Positions 24,501 to 34,024 of a DNA stretch of 36,674 nt are shown in pieces; within the stretch, counting starts at the first letter, position 1; the number at the start of each line of letters is the position of its first letter. Under the pieces are notes generated by a model. It saw only the letters and a list, made by a program, of their open reading frames with translations, had not been told where the DNA came from and did no database searches. The position numbers and the translations under genes were made by a program. Origin of the DNA: Octopus bimaculoides (Eukaryota); assembly GCF_001194135.2 (NCBI RefSeq), contig NC_068983.1, forward strand, positions 149,560,600 through 149,597,273, written 5' to 3'.

Positions 24501-27500
24501 TTATGGCCATTATTCCATATTGATATGTGCAGAAAAACAGAGAAACATCTGCAATATAGCTGGAAAACTTGAGGGAAGATTAAGGAATATTTAAGGTTAA
24601 TGGGGAAACTCAACAGGTAGAACTTTATTTTTAATATACCATTTTATCTTTGATCTCTTTGTCACTGTTGTTTATTTCCCCATTAAAGGTCTTTCGACTC
24701 TTAGGAGAGGAAGGTTTCTTTGTGGGTGCATCTTCAGGGCTTAATGTCGCTGCAGCTGTTCGTGTGGCAAAATCTTTAGGACCAGGACATACAGTGGTAA
24801 CTTGTCTTTGTGATACTGGCCAGGTATGTTATTTTTTTTATTTTTTTATTTTAATATTATGTATTCAGAGATAAGACACTTGATAATGACTGGAGATCAA
24901 ACTGAACAAAATGTATAAATGTAAATATCAAATGTTTCATCTTTAACGATGGAACATTTTTCTTGAAATCTAAAAATGATAATCATATTAACAATAACTT
25001 AGATATTTTAATACTTTCAGAAGAATCAGCAACAGAATGTTTTTTGTGGCACTAGTAATAGAAAGATAACCATATCCTTGCCATATCTAGAGGGACATAG
25101 TTTATTCATAAATGTGAATAAACCTTGAAGTATGAAAAACAAAATCTTTAAGTCTCATCTAGCATGCTTATATCACATCTGTCATGATGTAATTTTACCA
25201 TGTTATTTTTGAAAACATAACACTCAAACACATATAAGAAAGCATCAGTCTTGTACCATTCTGCAAATTAACTTTTGCTAAATAATATACTTATTTATAT
25301 ATTTGTAGGGAAGTGGTTATACACCATTAGGTGTACACTGCTTCCGGACATTAAATTTCTAGAAGAAACAACGGAATGCAGATTCTGAACAACATAACAA
25401 TATTTATTTTACAGTGGAATTCAGTCCACGCTTGGAAGGAATTCGGTAGCTCGTCGCCCTCGGTTATTGAGACGCCTTCTGAATGATTTCCGTGGTTATT
25501 TGTGAAGCTCTGGTGCTGACATGTGAGAGAGCTCTGTTGGACGTCTTGGCTCGACGGAGATCAGTCAACGAAGAGATTGAGAAAAGGCGCCAAAGCTGGG
25601 TGTCGAACTCTACGCATGTGCATGAGACTCTTCCTGTATTCCTTCCGGAACTAGTCCCTGCGCATGCGTGGATAAAACTCCGGACATTGAACATATAACA
25701 GTCGTCTGCTATAAGGTGTCACTACATATTAATAAATAACCTTCAATTACTCTCAGTAATAGTTTGATAAGGAAAGGTAAATGCATCCATATGAAGTGTT
25801 AAATAACAATAAAACCATTCAGTTCAATTCTTCATCCAAAGTAGAAAAACCTAAATTTCCCAGAAAATTTAACAGGTATGGATATGAGCCCACTTCATCA
25901 TTTTTATGTTTGCTTTCCATGCTTATATGGGTAGGGCAGATTATCACAGTCTGAGATGGTTCTTATTCAGAAATATTTCTCTCTTCGATGGTTGGAGGAT
26001 CATGTCTTGCTATGTTCCATGACTTTTATATTGCTTTGTTTCATATTTCAGAGGTATTACAACAAGTTGTTCAGTGAAACAGAATTGAAAAAGAGAGGTA
26101 AAGGATTTCTATTTGCTTAGCGTGTTATTTTATTTACTCTTTCTCTCTGTAAAGTTGTTTTTAGTTATCAATCTACCCATAAGTAGTAGACAGATAATTG
26201 GAAAATAGTTTTATTGTGTGTAGTATAGGTAGTATTTGACAAATATGTTAAAGTTAATTAAACTGAGCAAATTTCTAAGATTAATTATGACTTTCATCTC
26301 TTAGCATGATGTAGTATATTATCTGTGTATAAACATAGTCTGGCTGTAAAGGTTATTTGGGTTTGAAATTGAAGTTTGTGTGAAAACATAAATAGGAAAC
26401 ACTCTCTGAGTGGTTGGCGTTAGGAAGGGCATCCAGCTGTAGAAACTCTGCCAAATCAGATTGGAGCCTGGTGTTGCCATCCGGTTTCACCAGTCCTCAG
26501 TCAAATCGTCCAACCCATGCTAGCATGGAAAGCGGACGTTAAACGATGATGATGATGATTATAAGTATTTCAAGTTCTCTTAGTTGCTTTTCAAGCACTT
26601 TGAGATTATAATGGCCCTTAATCTGCTTTGGAATTTTTTTAACCCTTTAGTGTTCAGCTTAGTCTCTCAAATAAAATGCTTATTTATTCACATTGTTTTT
26701 AATTAATCATTTATTTTCTTGTACCTTCAAGATTTCGATCATATGATTGTTTATTTTTAGAAAGACATTGTAAGGGAGGAGTTATAAGCCAAATCTGGCT
26801 TGTTCCAGAACAGGTAGAATATTTGGGTCACATGTGGTTGGTTTAAATGCTAAAAATTGTTAATGTTTGCATCATGCACGAAAACATGGTCAAGTAATTA
26901 ATAAGTTTGCTTTACAATCATATCTTTTAGGTATGACACCCTACATGGTGTCTTCAGCAAATTTCTTTTATGATAACCTTTGATTGACCTAAGCCTTATG
27001 AAAGAAAATGAATTAATGGAAGCTGTGAGGAAGTCCATTGGATAGATTATGTCATGCTTATTTCAGATGAGAATTACGTTAGGAGTGCATGTGTCTGAGG
27101 AATACTTGGCCTTCCACGGAAATTTAATGAGCGAATAGTCTAGAGTTGATCAAACAATTGAAAGCTCATCATCAAAACATACAGATAATCTATCAATGTG
27201 TGTGTGATATATGGCAGAATTGTAGTATTTAATTACAACTCTTTACATTCAGATTTTAAATTCCACTAAAGTTGACTGTGCCTTTCATCACTCTAGGTTT
27301 CATAAAAATAAGTACTGATATTGTACTAAGATCAGTTCACTTGATTATAATCTTCCCCTGGCAAATTTGTGTGTCTTTATGTCAATTCTTTCCATGTGAA
27401 ATGGATGTTGATATGATGATAATTGGTCTTTCACTTTTTAGGATAAAATTTGAGTTAGGTTAACAAGCTTCTGACTACAGATCAAGTACGACTAGTTTGT

Positions 27501-27910
27501 TTCTTGACATTCTTTCTGGATTGTCATTTTAACTCTTTAAGATTTCTATCCATTGTGAAAACAAAAATAGCTCTAGGTATAGTAATTTTGGTTTATCCGA
27601 AAATAGTACTTCAGAGAGATTCTCTGGATTTTGGTTTGTCTGAAATATTCTTCTTTACCTAGCTGTATCTTGTAATTTACTGTGTGCTAATTTAATGAGC
27701 TTTCACCTACAGAAAGAGGTCAAGACTTTTGTCAAGAAGTAAACTTGTACTGTGGATAGAAGGGTGTTAACTTAATTGGTTTCATTATTAAGTATGCTGT
27801 TCTGACAACATCTCTATATTTGACATGTTTATTTCATTATCATTTTAGGATTGTACGAAGCTGTGCCAGAACAATATCGTAGTTTCCTTCACACACCATT
27901 GGAAAACTGA
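5537..27910 (+). CDS. cys11: Cysteine synthase (O-acyl-serine sulfhydrylase), fungal Cys11/Cys1a-like; 12 coding exons, 340 aa, N-terminal exon not identified
   Basis: Exons joined at GT-AG sites keep phase and total 1023 nt ending in TGA: [19 protein letters not shown]...[17 protein letters not shown] (PLP Lys)...[10 protein letters not shown]...TDQFDNLAN...[10 protein letters not shown]...SGTGGT...ADPPGS...[10 protein letters not shown]...[11 protein letters not shown]...[12 protein letters not shown]...PLEN*. Motif set matches the fungal/alphaproteobacterial cysteine synthase clade as I recall it. No CBS domains. Confidence 0.93.
5645..5905 (+). mobile_element. RTE LINE internal fragment (same family as 17805-20291)
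   Basis: Degenerate ...DDLVLI...IKVLVS...[15 protein letters not shown], aligns to ORF 18253-18741. Confidence 0.7.
5975..6650 (-). mobile_element. CR1-clade LINE 3' portion
   Basis: [20 protein letters not shown]...[14 protein letters not shown] and [11 protein letters not shown]...[21 protein letters not shown]. Confidence 0.85.
6650..6845 (+). mobile_element. tRNA-type SINE with central ctttgcctttcatcctttc.gggt.gataaaataagtac domain (Meta-domain-like); best copy 23905-24125, remnants near 4975-5060, 8770-8860, 22050-22260, 34790-34900
   Basis: B-box-like gagttcaaa followed by a conserved core shared among copies. Confidence 0.7.
7344..7384 (+). CDS. cys11: Cysteine synthase exon 2 ((N)[13 protein letters not shown])
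   Basis: cccag / gtaagg; completes the GNTPL motif. Confidence 0.92.
7501..7596 (+). CDS. cys11: Cysteine synthase exon 3 ([32 protein letters not shown]), contains the PLP lysine
   Basis: ttccag / gtatgt; SVKDR motif. Confidence 0.95.
8962..9086 (+). CDS. cys11: Cysteine synthase exon 4 ([42 protein letters not shown])
   Basis: taaag / gttagt; substrate loop TAGNTG. Confidence 0.95.
9556..9645 (+). CDS. cys11: Cysteine synthase exon 5 ([30 protein letters not shown])
   Basis: ttccag / gtgaga; 30 codons, phase 0. Confidence 0.93.
9700..10560 (-). mobile_element. Second RTE-clade LINE family, RT C-terminal fragment
   Basis: LTDLDFAGD (degenerate FADD), [27 protein letters not shown]...[13 protein letters not shown]. 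Confidence 0.85.
10744..10858 (+). CDS. cys11: Cysteine synthase exon 6 ([38 protein letters not shown])
   Basis: ctgcag / gtgagt; QFDN and TTGPEIW motifs. Confidence 0.95.
11000..11320 (-). mobile_element. Two degenerate RTE-tail repeats
   Basis: catcatcatcatatctgctttccatgctggcat...; aaccacttttcagagtgtacagggtgc. Confidence 0.6.
11390..12440 (-). mobile_element. Penelope-like element fragment (GIY-YIG endonuclease C-terminus, low-complexity linker, 3' repeat)
   Basis: [19 protein letters not shown]...[38 protein letters not shown]...LNSRN is the typical PLE GIY-YIG pattern. Confidence 0.8.
11462..11521 (-). ncRNA. Degenerate minimal type I hammerhead ribozyme in the PLE 3' repeat
   Basis: Minus strand: GAGT-CTGATGA-GT-CATCTATA/TATAGGTG-TAAA(A)-CCAATGG-TC-ACTC; the CGAAA core reads TAAAA. 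Confidence 0.55.
13090..13360 (+). mobile_element. RTE 3' UTR/tail repeat, longer copy
   Basis: atagccgatgccagtg...gtggttggcattaggaagcgcatccagc...aacccatgccagcatggaaaacagacgttaaacaatgatgatg. Confidence 0.8.
13548..14118. mobile_element. Non-autonomous DNA transposon (MITE), 571 bp, GG-starting TIR (MULE- or Merlin-like), central telomeric palindrome
   Basis: 37-bp TIR with 1 mismatch (GGATCTTTTTTAAAACGGGGGCCACATTTTTCATTAA); 8-bp TSD GAAAGTTA (13540-13547, 14119-14126); second internal inverted repeat of about 45 bp. Confidence 0.9.
15510..16050 (+). mobile_element. Cluster of SINE and RTE-tail fragments; similar SINE at about 22395-22750
   Basis: tRNA-like head, (TG)n, tail aacccatgcgattatggaaagcaggtgttaaatggtgatgat. 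Confidence 0.55.
16186..16239 (+). CDS. cys11: Cysteine synthase exon 7 ([18 protein letters not shown])
   Basis: ttctag / gtaata; phosphate-binding GTGGT. Confidence 0.93.
16515..16560 (+). ncRNA. Second degenerate hammerhead-like motif (PLE repeat remnant)
   Basis: TTGC-TTGAAGA-CC-CTGTG/CACAG-AC-GCA-ACTCAGAGT-G-GCAA; three core mismatches, palindromic stem III. Confidence 0.35.
16760..17065 (-). mobile_element. tRNA-derived SINE followed by a (CA)n microsatellite (17065-17130)
   Basis: Minus strand A-box-like TGACATAGTGATTAG and B-box-like GTTCAATTCC. Confidence 0.65.
17448..17509 (+). CDS. cys11: Cysteine synthase exon 8 ([21 protein letters not shown])
   Basis: ctatag / gtaagt. Confidence 0.93.
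17805..20420 (-). mobile_element. RTE-clade LINE, 2.5 kb degenerate body (endonuclease end, RT, PHD finger, C-terminus) on -, with its 3' tail on + (20293-20420)
   Basis: [30 protein letters not shown]; [33 protein letters not shown]; [12 protein letters not shown]; frameshifts and stops. Confidence 0.92.
20525..21262. mobile_element. Old TIR element with TA flanks (Tc1/mariner-like, non-autonomous)
   Basis: 35-bp TIR, 29/35 identical after removing a 10-bp duplication in the right copy; TA at 20523-24 and 21263-64. Confidence 0.55.
21345..21560 (-). mobile_element. CR1 LINE extreme 3' end with (TAT)n tail
   Basis: Homologous to 1140-1335: gtgcacctgagcactatatacaataag. Confidence 0.75.
21695..21853 (+). 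CDS. cys11: Cysteine synthase exon 9 ([53 protein letters not shown])
   Basis: gctag / gtaagt; EGIGQG motif. Confidence 0.95.
23905..24330 (+). mobile_element. Well-preserved tRNA-type SINE (23905-24125) followed by an RTE-tail repeat (24205-24330)
   Basis: CpG-retaining ggcggcgaactggcagaaac...gagttcaaattc...ctttgcctttcatcctttcggggtcgat. Confidence 0.8.
24689..24823 (+). CDS. cys11: Cysteine synthase exon 10 ([45 protein letters not shown])
   Basis: ttaaag / gtatgt; lies within ORF 24650-24874. Confidence 0.95.
25304..25726 (-). mobile_element. Solo LTR (probably Gypsy), 423 bp
   Basis: TGTAG...CTACA termini; 4-bp TSD TATT (25300-03, 25727-30); minus-strand AATAAA at 25408-25403; CpG-rich. 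Confidence 0.8.
26052..26097 (+). CDS. cys11: Cysteine synthase exon 11 ([15 protein letters not shown])
   Basis: tttcag / gtaaag; continues the D-x-G-x-R-Y motif. Confidence 0.9.
26400..26559 (+). mobile_element. Young RTE-tail repeat with (GAT)n
   Basis: 1 mismatch in 134 nt versus 29119-29273. Confidence 0.9.
26643..26859. mobile_element. piggyBac-type MITE, degenerate right end
   Basis: TTAA|CCCTTTAG left end; right end ...gctaaaaattg|TTAA (decayed CTAAAGGG). Confidence 0.5.
27849..27910 (+). CDS. cys11: Cysteine synthase terminal coding exon ([20 protein letters not shown]); AATAAA candidates near 28139 and 28357
   Basis: ttttag acceptor, phase 1 matches exon 11, TGA at 27908-27910. 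Confidence 0.85.
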
Positions 27911-29118
27911 TCCCCAAAGAATGTGCAAATGTAAATTAATTATACAAGAAAATATTGAAGAAATCAAAACAAATTTACAAAATGATGTATATTTTCTTTA
28001 ATTTATAAAGTATAATACAGTAAGTATAGAGGATAAATGGACTTCAAATTTAGGACAGAAGGCAGCATACATTCGCTGGATGATATAATAATCAGGTATA
28101 TACCAAGTTATCTCGACAGATCCCAGAGTTTTCATTAAAAATAAACAATTTTTCATACAGTGCGCAATACATGTGGCAGAAATGTTTAGAATCTAAAGGC
28201 TACTCTCATCAATTTGTAGCAATATGAAACTTTTTGTAAGAATTTAACCACACATATTTGGAGTGAATTGTATCTGAGATATATTTGCTATTGTTGGAAA
28301 TTTTTTCAGATCAGTAGTAGTGACTAAAGATTGTTAATCTTTTTTTTCTTCTGAAAAATAAATGATTAAAAAAATTTTAATTCAATTATTTTTGTTAGTG
28401 TTTGAAGTGGCTGAGACAACCACATCCAACTAAAAATTTTACAGTATTAAGTTTCATCCTTTTCGGTTCCAAATTTAGATCCTGCAAGGATCAACTTTGC
28501 TGATCTCGAGTGTATAAACTAAGTACCAGTGACATGCTAAGGTTCCATTCCAACAGCTACACACCTCACCTAAAAAAAATTGATTTTATGCTTATGTTTT
28601 ACATTCAGTGATTAATAACTATTTTTTTAGAATATTGACAGGCCTTCCTTGATTTATCTAAAACACACTCTAATGCTTTGTAAATTAATTATACACAAGT
28701 TTCACAAGGAGTTCCATAACAAATTCTAGACTGTACATCACAGTTCATTTGTACTTTAAGGTCATTTCAGCAGTTAATATACAACTAATATTTCAAACAA
28801 ACTATAACCTACCAGCAGGTTAAATCAAAAGACTTTTTTTTTAATGATAGCAAATACTGATAGGCATATGTCTACACTGTAGGTGTAGCAAGCATATCTT
28901 GTGCTTTATTAAGATAACTGTTTAATACAATAATCAAATCTGCACCATTTTATACATAGAAACCTACTTACAAATAAACTTTATTAATCAATAATGAAAA
29001 TCCTTAATTACTAACTTAATAAATACCATATTTTTATTAACATTCACAAATTTCTGGGTTCACTTCCACCATATTTCTAACAGTAACATCTAATTCCTTT
29101 GACTAAAACTGTTTTTAT

Positions 29119-29273
29119 TGGTTGGCGTTAGGAAGGGCATCCAGCTGTAGAAACTCTGCCAAATCAGACTGGAGCCTGGTGTTGCCATCCGGTTTCACCA
29201 GTCCTCAGTCAAATCGTCCAACCCATGCTAGCATGGAAAGCGGACGTTAAACGATGATGATGATGATGATGAT
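29119..29273 (+). mobile_element. Young RTE-tail repeat with (GAT)n
   Basis: Near-identical to 26411-26559. Confidence 0.9.
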
Positions 29274-29420
29274 ATATATATAAGAAAAAAATGCATGTGA
29301 GGTGTCAACTATTGTGTAGTCCTGGTTATAGTGTTTTTGCATATTCTATCAACATGAAGATGGTGTGTTTGTGTGTGTGTATATATAATAGATAGCTTGT
29401 ATTACATTAACAATGTAGAT

Positions 29421-29666
29421 CGGTGATTTTCAAACTGTGGTCCGCGGACCTCAGGGGGTCCGCAAACAGCAAATACTTTTTATGTGCAATTTGATTTTAT
29501 ATATGGTTTTTAATTGAAATAAACCTATTTGTTAAATAAACAAATGTAAAAATGTTATTTTAAGCAAATATTTATGTATAAATTTCATAAGCATTTATAA
29601 GGGGGTCCCTAAGGTAAAGCCTGAAATATAAAGGGGTCCGCAAGTCAAAAAGTTTGAAAACCCCTG
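29421..29666. mobile_element. hAT-type MITE, second copy, opposite orientation to 3409-3687
   Basis: Right TIR AGTTTGAAAACCCCTG, left TIR decayed; 8-bp TSD ATGTAGAT; internal homology to the first copy. Confidence 0.88.
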
Positions 29667-30129
29667 ATGTAGATAATTCAGGCAATAAAGTGGTGAAAGG
29701 TTAGTCGATTGTTTATATTCTATTACATGTACTGCATTATGTTCATGGCCAAGATTCTCAGTGTCACAGCCACATAATCATAAGCAACAGCAGCACTAAA
29801 TTAAATCTTTTGTCAGTTTACTGTGTTAAGGACAAGTCTTTGCTCTAAGTGTTGCTTCTGTAATCTAACCACATTACAAACACTGAAATGCCAAAATTTC
29901 CAACATGCCAATCTTAAAATCTATTTCTTGTTTTAATTACTGAGAGGAATAATTCATTATTATACAATGATATATTTAGACAAGTATACTAATGTTGGTT
30001 GTTAGTCATAATGTTTTGACTGTTGTGCCCTCCAGCCTTCAGTCCATAAAACAGAGACCATGTCATTCCATTTAGTTTTCATTATTTTGATATGGACAAC
30101 TAAATAAGAACAATCCATCCTTGTAGATT

Positions 30130-30690
30130 TAATAAAGGGATCAGTTTGAAATTCCATCTCCCTATATTCACTCCTATATACCCGGGATCTCAGTCTTTGA
30201 GCATCCCCCACCCTACTTTTTGTACTGTCACTCATCACTTCCTCCTCTTTGGCCCACTCCTATTTCTTTCACCCTCCTTCAAACTGATATTCACTACTGA
30301 CCACACACCTCCATGTTTCCTAAGTCCTTATATTCCCCACCACTAACCATCTGTCACTTACCTCACACCCTTGCAAACTTAACTGGTTCTCTGCCCCCAT
30401 CCCTCATGTATTCACCCTCTTGTATCTTTTGGGTACAGCCTGACACCTCATCACCACCGTTTTCTCCTCTTATAAAACCACCTCCCTCAATTCTACACAT
30501 TTCAATGAAGGGGTCTTGTGAGCTACTTGGTGACATAAAAGAGCACCCAATACACTCTGTAAAGTGGTTGGCATTAGGAAGGGCATCCTACAATAGAAAC
30601 CATGCAAAGACAGGCATTGGAGCTTGACACATTTCTCTGACTCGTTGGACTCTGTAAAAATGTTCAACCCATACCAGCATGGAATATGAA
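30130..30690 (+). mobile_element. Pyrimidine-rich body plus RTE tail; similar elements 12520-12930 (+) and 32640-33250 (-); plain tail remnant 31885-32050 (-)
   Basis: C/T-rich degenerate tract directly 5' of gtggttggcattaggaagggcatcc...aacccataccagcatgg. Confidence 0.6.
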
Positions 30691-31345
30691 TCCTAAATAT
30701 TATGGTACATGAAGGTTGGATGGGGAAAAAAAACCAAAACAAAGTGACTTACAACAATCAAGATGAGGACACCAGTCTAAATGTATTAGTGTATAATAAG
30801 AGTTTATTTCGTTTCAGTGCTTAGCTTTAATATTTAACTTTTTAAAAATACTAAAAGATGGATTATAATCCTTAAATAATAAAATCACATACCATAGCCC
30901 AATGTAAACTCATTCAGATCGCTTTCTCACTACAATTATAATTCAGAAAATCTTCCAGTTAACATTTTATCTCACTTTTTATTGTATAATTACATACAGC
31001 TCCATTTTTTTTAAAGCCATATCCAATCCAGATTTTTTAAATATAAGCATTAACATATTTAATAGTTTATGATATGGAATTATTAATTAATCAGTGACTT
31101 TTAAATATTTCAAAATTAATCTTTTGGAAAAATATTAGGAAATTTTGAATGGAAGGATGTGTTTTACAGTGATAAACATTATTTTTATGGATTCATGGCA
31201 GTAAGAGATGACTTTAAAGAAAGACCTTGGAATAGTAAGAAAATTGAAAATACTGATATCACCTGCCACAGCAACATGTTCATAGATTATAAGATATGCC
31301 CCATTGACAACTCACAGCATTTTAAAATATCTACTTCAATATATG

Positions 31346-31534
31346 TCACTCTTTAGAAGTATCTGATGGGTTTTCCTCCGAAATAGTAATATCTGGGATA
31401 ATGTTTTCATCTCCTCTGAGAATGGCAATTTCTTCAATAGGAATTTGAATTCGCATCTCTTTCTCCAGCATTAGGTCTACAATATCCTGCAGTTTACTAT
31501 CTCCAAGCATAGTAATGGCATCTTTGTAAAGGGC
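31346..31534 (-). CDS. NRDE2: NRDE2 terminal coding exon (ALYKDA...DTSKE*); minus-strand AATAAA candidates near 30980 and 30805
   Basis: gttgcag acceptor; TGA at 31348-31346. Confidence 0.9.
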   Translation of the reverse strand, partial: ALYKDAITMLGDSKLQDIVDLMLEKEMRIQIPIEEIAILRGDENIIPDITISEENPSDTSKE

Positions 31535-33960
31535 CTGCAACAAAAATATTAGGTAAAATTTAAAACTTTTATATTCTCCAATGAAAAAAAGATGCGTATG
31601 TCAGTGTGTTATAAAATGAAGTAGACAAATATCTACTTCATAATCCAATTCATGTTCATAGACAATCACTAAACTACCATAGTCTATTAAATATTTTAAC
31701 TTATAAAATAAAAGATAACTTCTTTCTTCAATTTGTTAGGTAAAATAAGAAGGAATTTGCATACCATTTATATCCTTTTCAAAGATGCAGTAAAACTTGT
31801 ATAAAGTTCAAGTATTTACTTCTTCTTCTATGGTACTAACCACAGCAATATTTAGCTTCTTTTGTTTAAGCATAAGGACATCATTTTTACCATGTTGGCA
31901 TGAGTTGGAAGGTTAGAGAAGAACTGGTGAACCAGAGGACTATACCAAACACCACTGTCTCTGCTTTGGCATAGTTTCTAGGCCTAGGCACACCTTCCTA
32001 ATACCAATCACTTTATAGAGTATATTGGGTGTTTTGTACATGCTACCAGCACAATCTTTCAAAAATCAACTTCAGTTTGTCATTGACACTTACTTTATCA
32101 AGAATGGGAAATTGAATAGAAGCATAAAAGACTAATGTAAAATATTTGGTATGGTAGTCTGTTATTTTTTGCCATCTCTCAACCCTAATAAATTTCGAGG
32201 GTATTTTCTCCATTTTATTAAGATAATAGGTCACTTGGTAAAAGATCAGTATAATTAATGAAATAATGAAAAGCAAAGTTAATTCCAACAAACTAATAAT
32301 TAATATTGAATGTGTTTGAGGGCAGTGGATTGGTGAAATCAGCAGGGCTTTGTGCATTTTACTTCTGTCCTGACTTCAAATGTAATCAATACCATTGAAG
32401 TTCTGGCTGTAAATCTAAGTGACTATAGCCCCACCCCAAATAAGATGTGGACTTGTACTTATGTTGGAAATCAATACTGAATGCATTTAAAGATATAAAA
32501 ACATTTAGTGTAAGTAAGTGGACACAAAGTTACCTTGGCCCAGGGGCAGTGTTGTAAGGCTCGGTAATAAAGTCCTGTAGCTCTCTCAGCTTCACCATAT
32601 TTATGCTGAAACAAATAATGAATTTCATTAATTACATCAATATTCATTTTCTATCATAGCAACTTGACATATTCCTATGTTGGCATGGGTTGGATAGGTT
32701 GATGCAGTTTGAGTTAACTCATTCAGAGTTACTACCCTCCTAGAACCAAATCTCATTTTATACATTCTATTTTTGGCCTTAGTCTTGTTTCTGTGACTGG
32801 ATCCTGTTGTTAATACCAACCACTTTAAAGTGGATGGATTCAGGGGAGAGAGAGAAAAAAGAAGTGAGAGTATAATGGGTGGGGAAGCAGAGTAAGTGGG
32901 ATGGCAGAGCAAGGAAAAAAGAGAGAGACTGTTATGGCAGAAAGTAATAACAACTACATGTTTACTTGGAAGAGAGCGAATAAGGGAATGATTAATGATA
33001 AGAGTGAGTGGTGGCTGTCAATATTAAGTGACTTAGGAGAGAGAGAGAGAGAGCGTGGTAGTTAGCAGGTAAAATAGAGTGCAAGTGATGTATGTCAATA
33101 AAGAGTGAGCAGGAAGAAAGAGAATGACAGCTACCAGTACAGGAGGATGATGTACCACATCACACAGGTATCGTGAAAGGAGAAAGCTTAAAACATTGAT
33201 AATGAAGATAAAGTGGGCAGAAAAACAACATTCAGGAAGCAAGTTACTTTTGGCAACATGGGTAAACTTAGTCCTATCTACCTTTTTGTATGGTCAATCA
33301 TGTGTAGTGCTGTATGACAAGTTAACCAGAAAGCCAGCTACAACTAAGAGAGAAGAAGATTCTAAGTAGACTTAAAAAAGAAAACGTAAGTGAAAAACAA
33401 CTGAGTATCTTCCATTGATTAAAGCATGAAAGCGATGTAGGAAGATTAGGGACTTTAGAAAGTTGGGCTTCACAATGAATATAATACAATGAAATGACAC
33501 AGAAGGATCGGATTTACATTCATATTCTTTTAACATTAAGTGAACATCAAAATAAATTTATGGCAAACCAATGATGATACTTACCTCAATATATAAATAA
33601 AGTCTCCATATTAGAGGGCAACTGCAAATTTGTGGCTGATTTAAGCCTCTTTCAAATAATGAACGTAAACGATGCAATGTTCCAGAGGTTGCACATACCA
33701 CTCCATCTAGAGAGAGTAGACAACACACTATACAATAAACAGGTGTCAAACATTCATTAATATTGTTAATATTTTAATATCCTATTTTAATGTAATATGC
33801 ATTGCTCTGATTTGCAACTGAAAACAAATGTTGAGAATAAATGAAAAAAAAAAGAGCAAGTGTATAATGAAATACCTAAATTGTTTATATAAACTCTTTG
33901 GTTGTTCTGCTTTGTAATAAATGCCCTGCTAAGTAAACAACATTGCTGCTTATACAAGTA

Positions 33961-34024
<64 letters not shown>

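Noticed and set aside
7385-27848. Minor (U12) or non-canonical introns
   Set aside because: All donors are ordinary GT(A/G/T) U2-type with AG acceptors.
5537-27910. Cystathionine beta-synthase call, or bacterial contamination/recent HGT
   Set aside because: No CBS regulatory domains, stop at about 340 aa, Cys11-type motifs, and 11 spliceosomal introns with host repeats.
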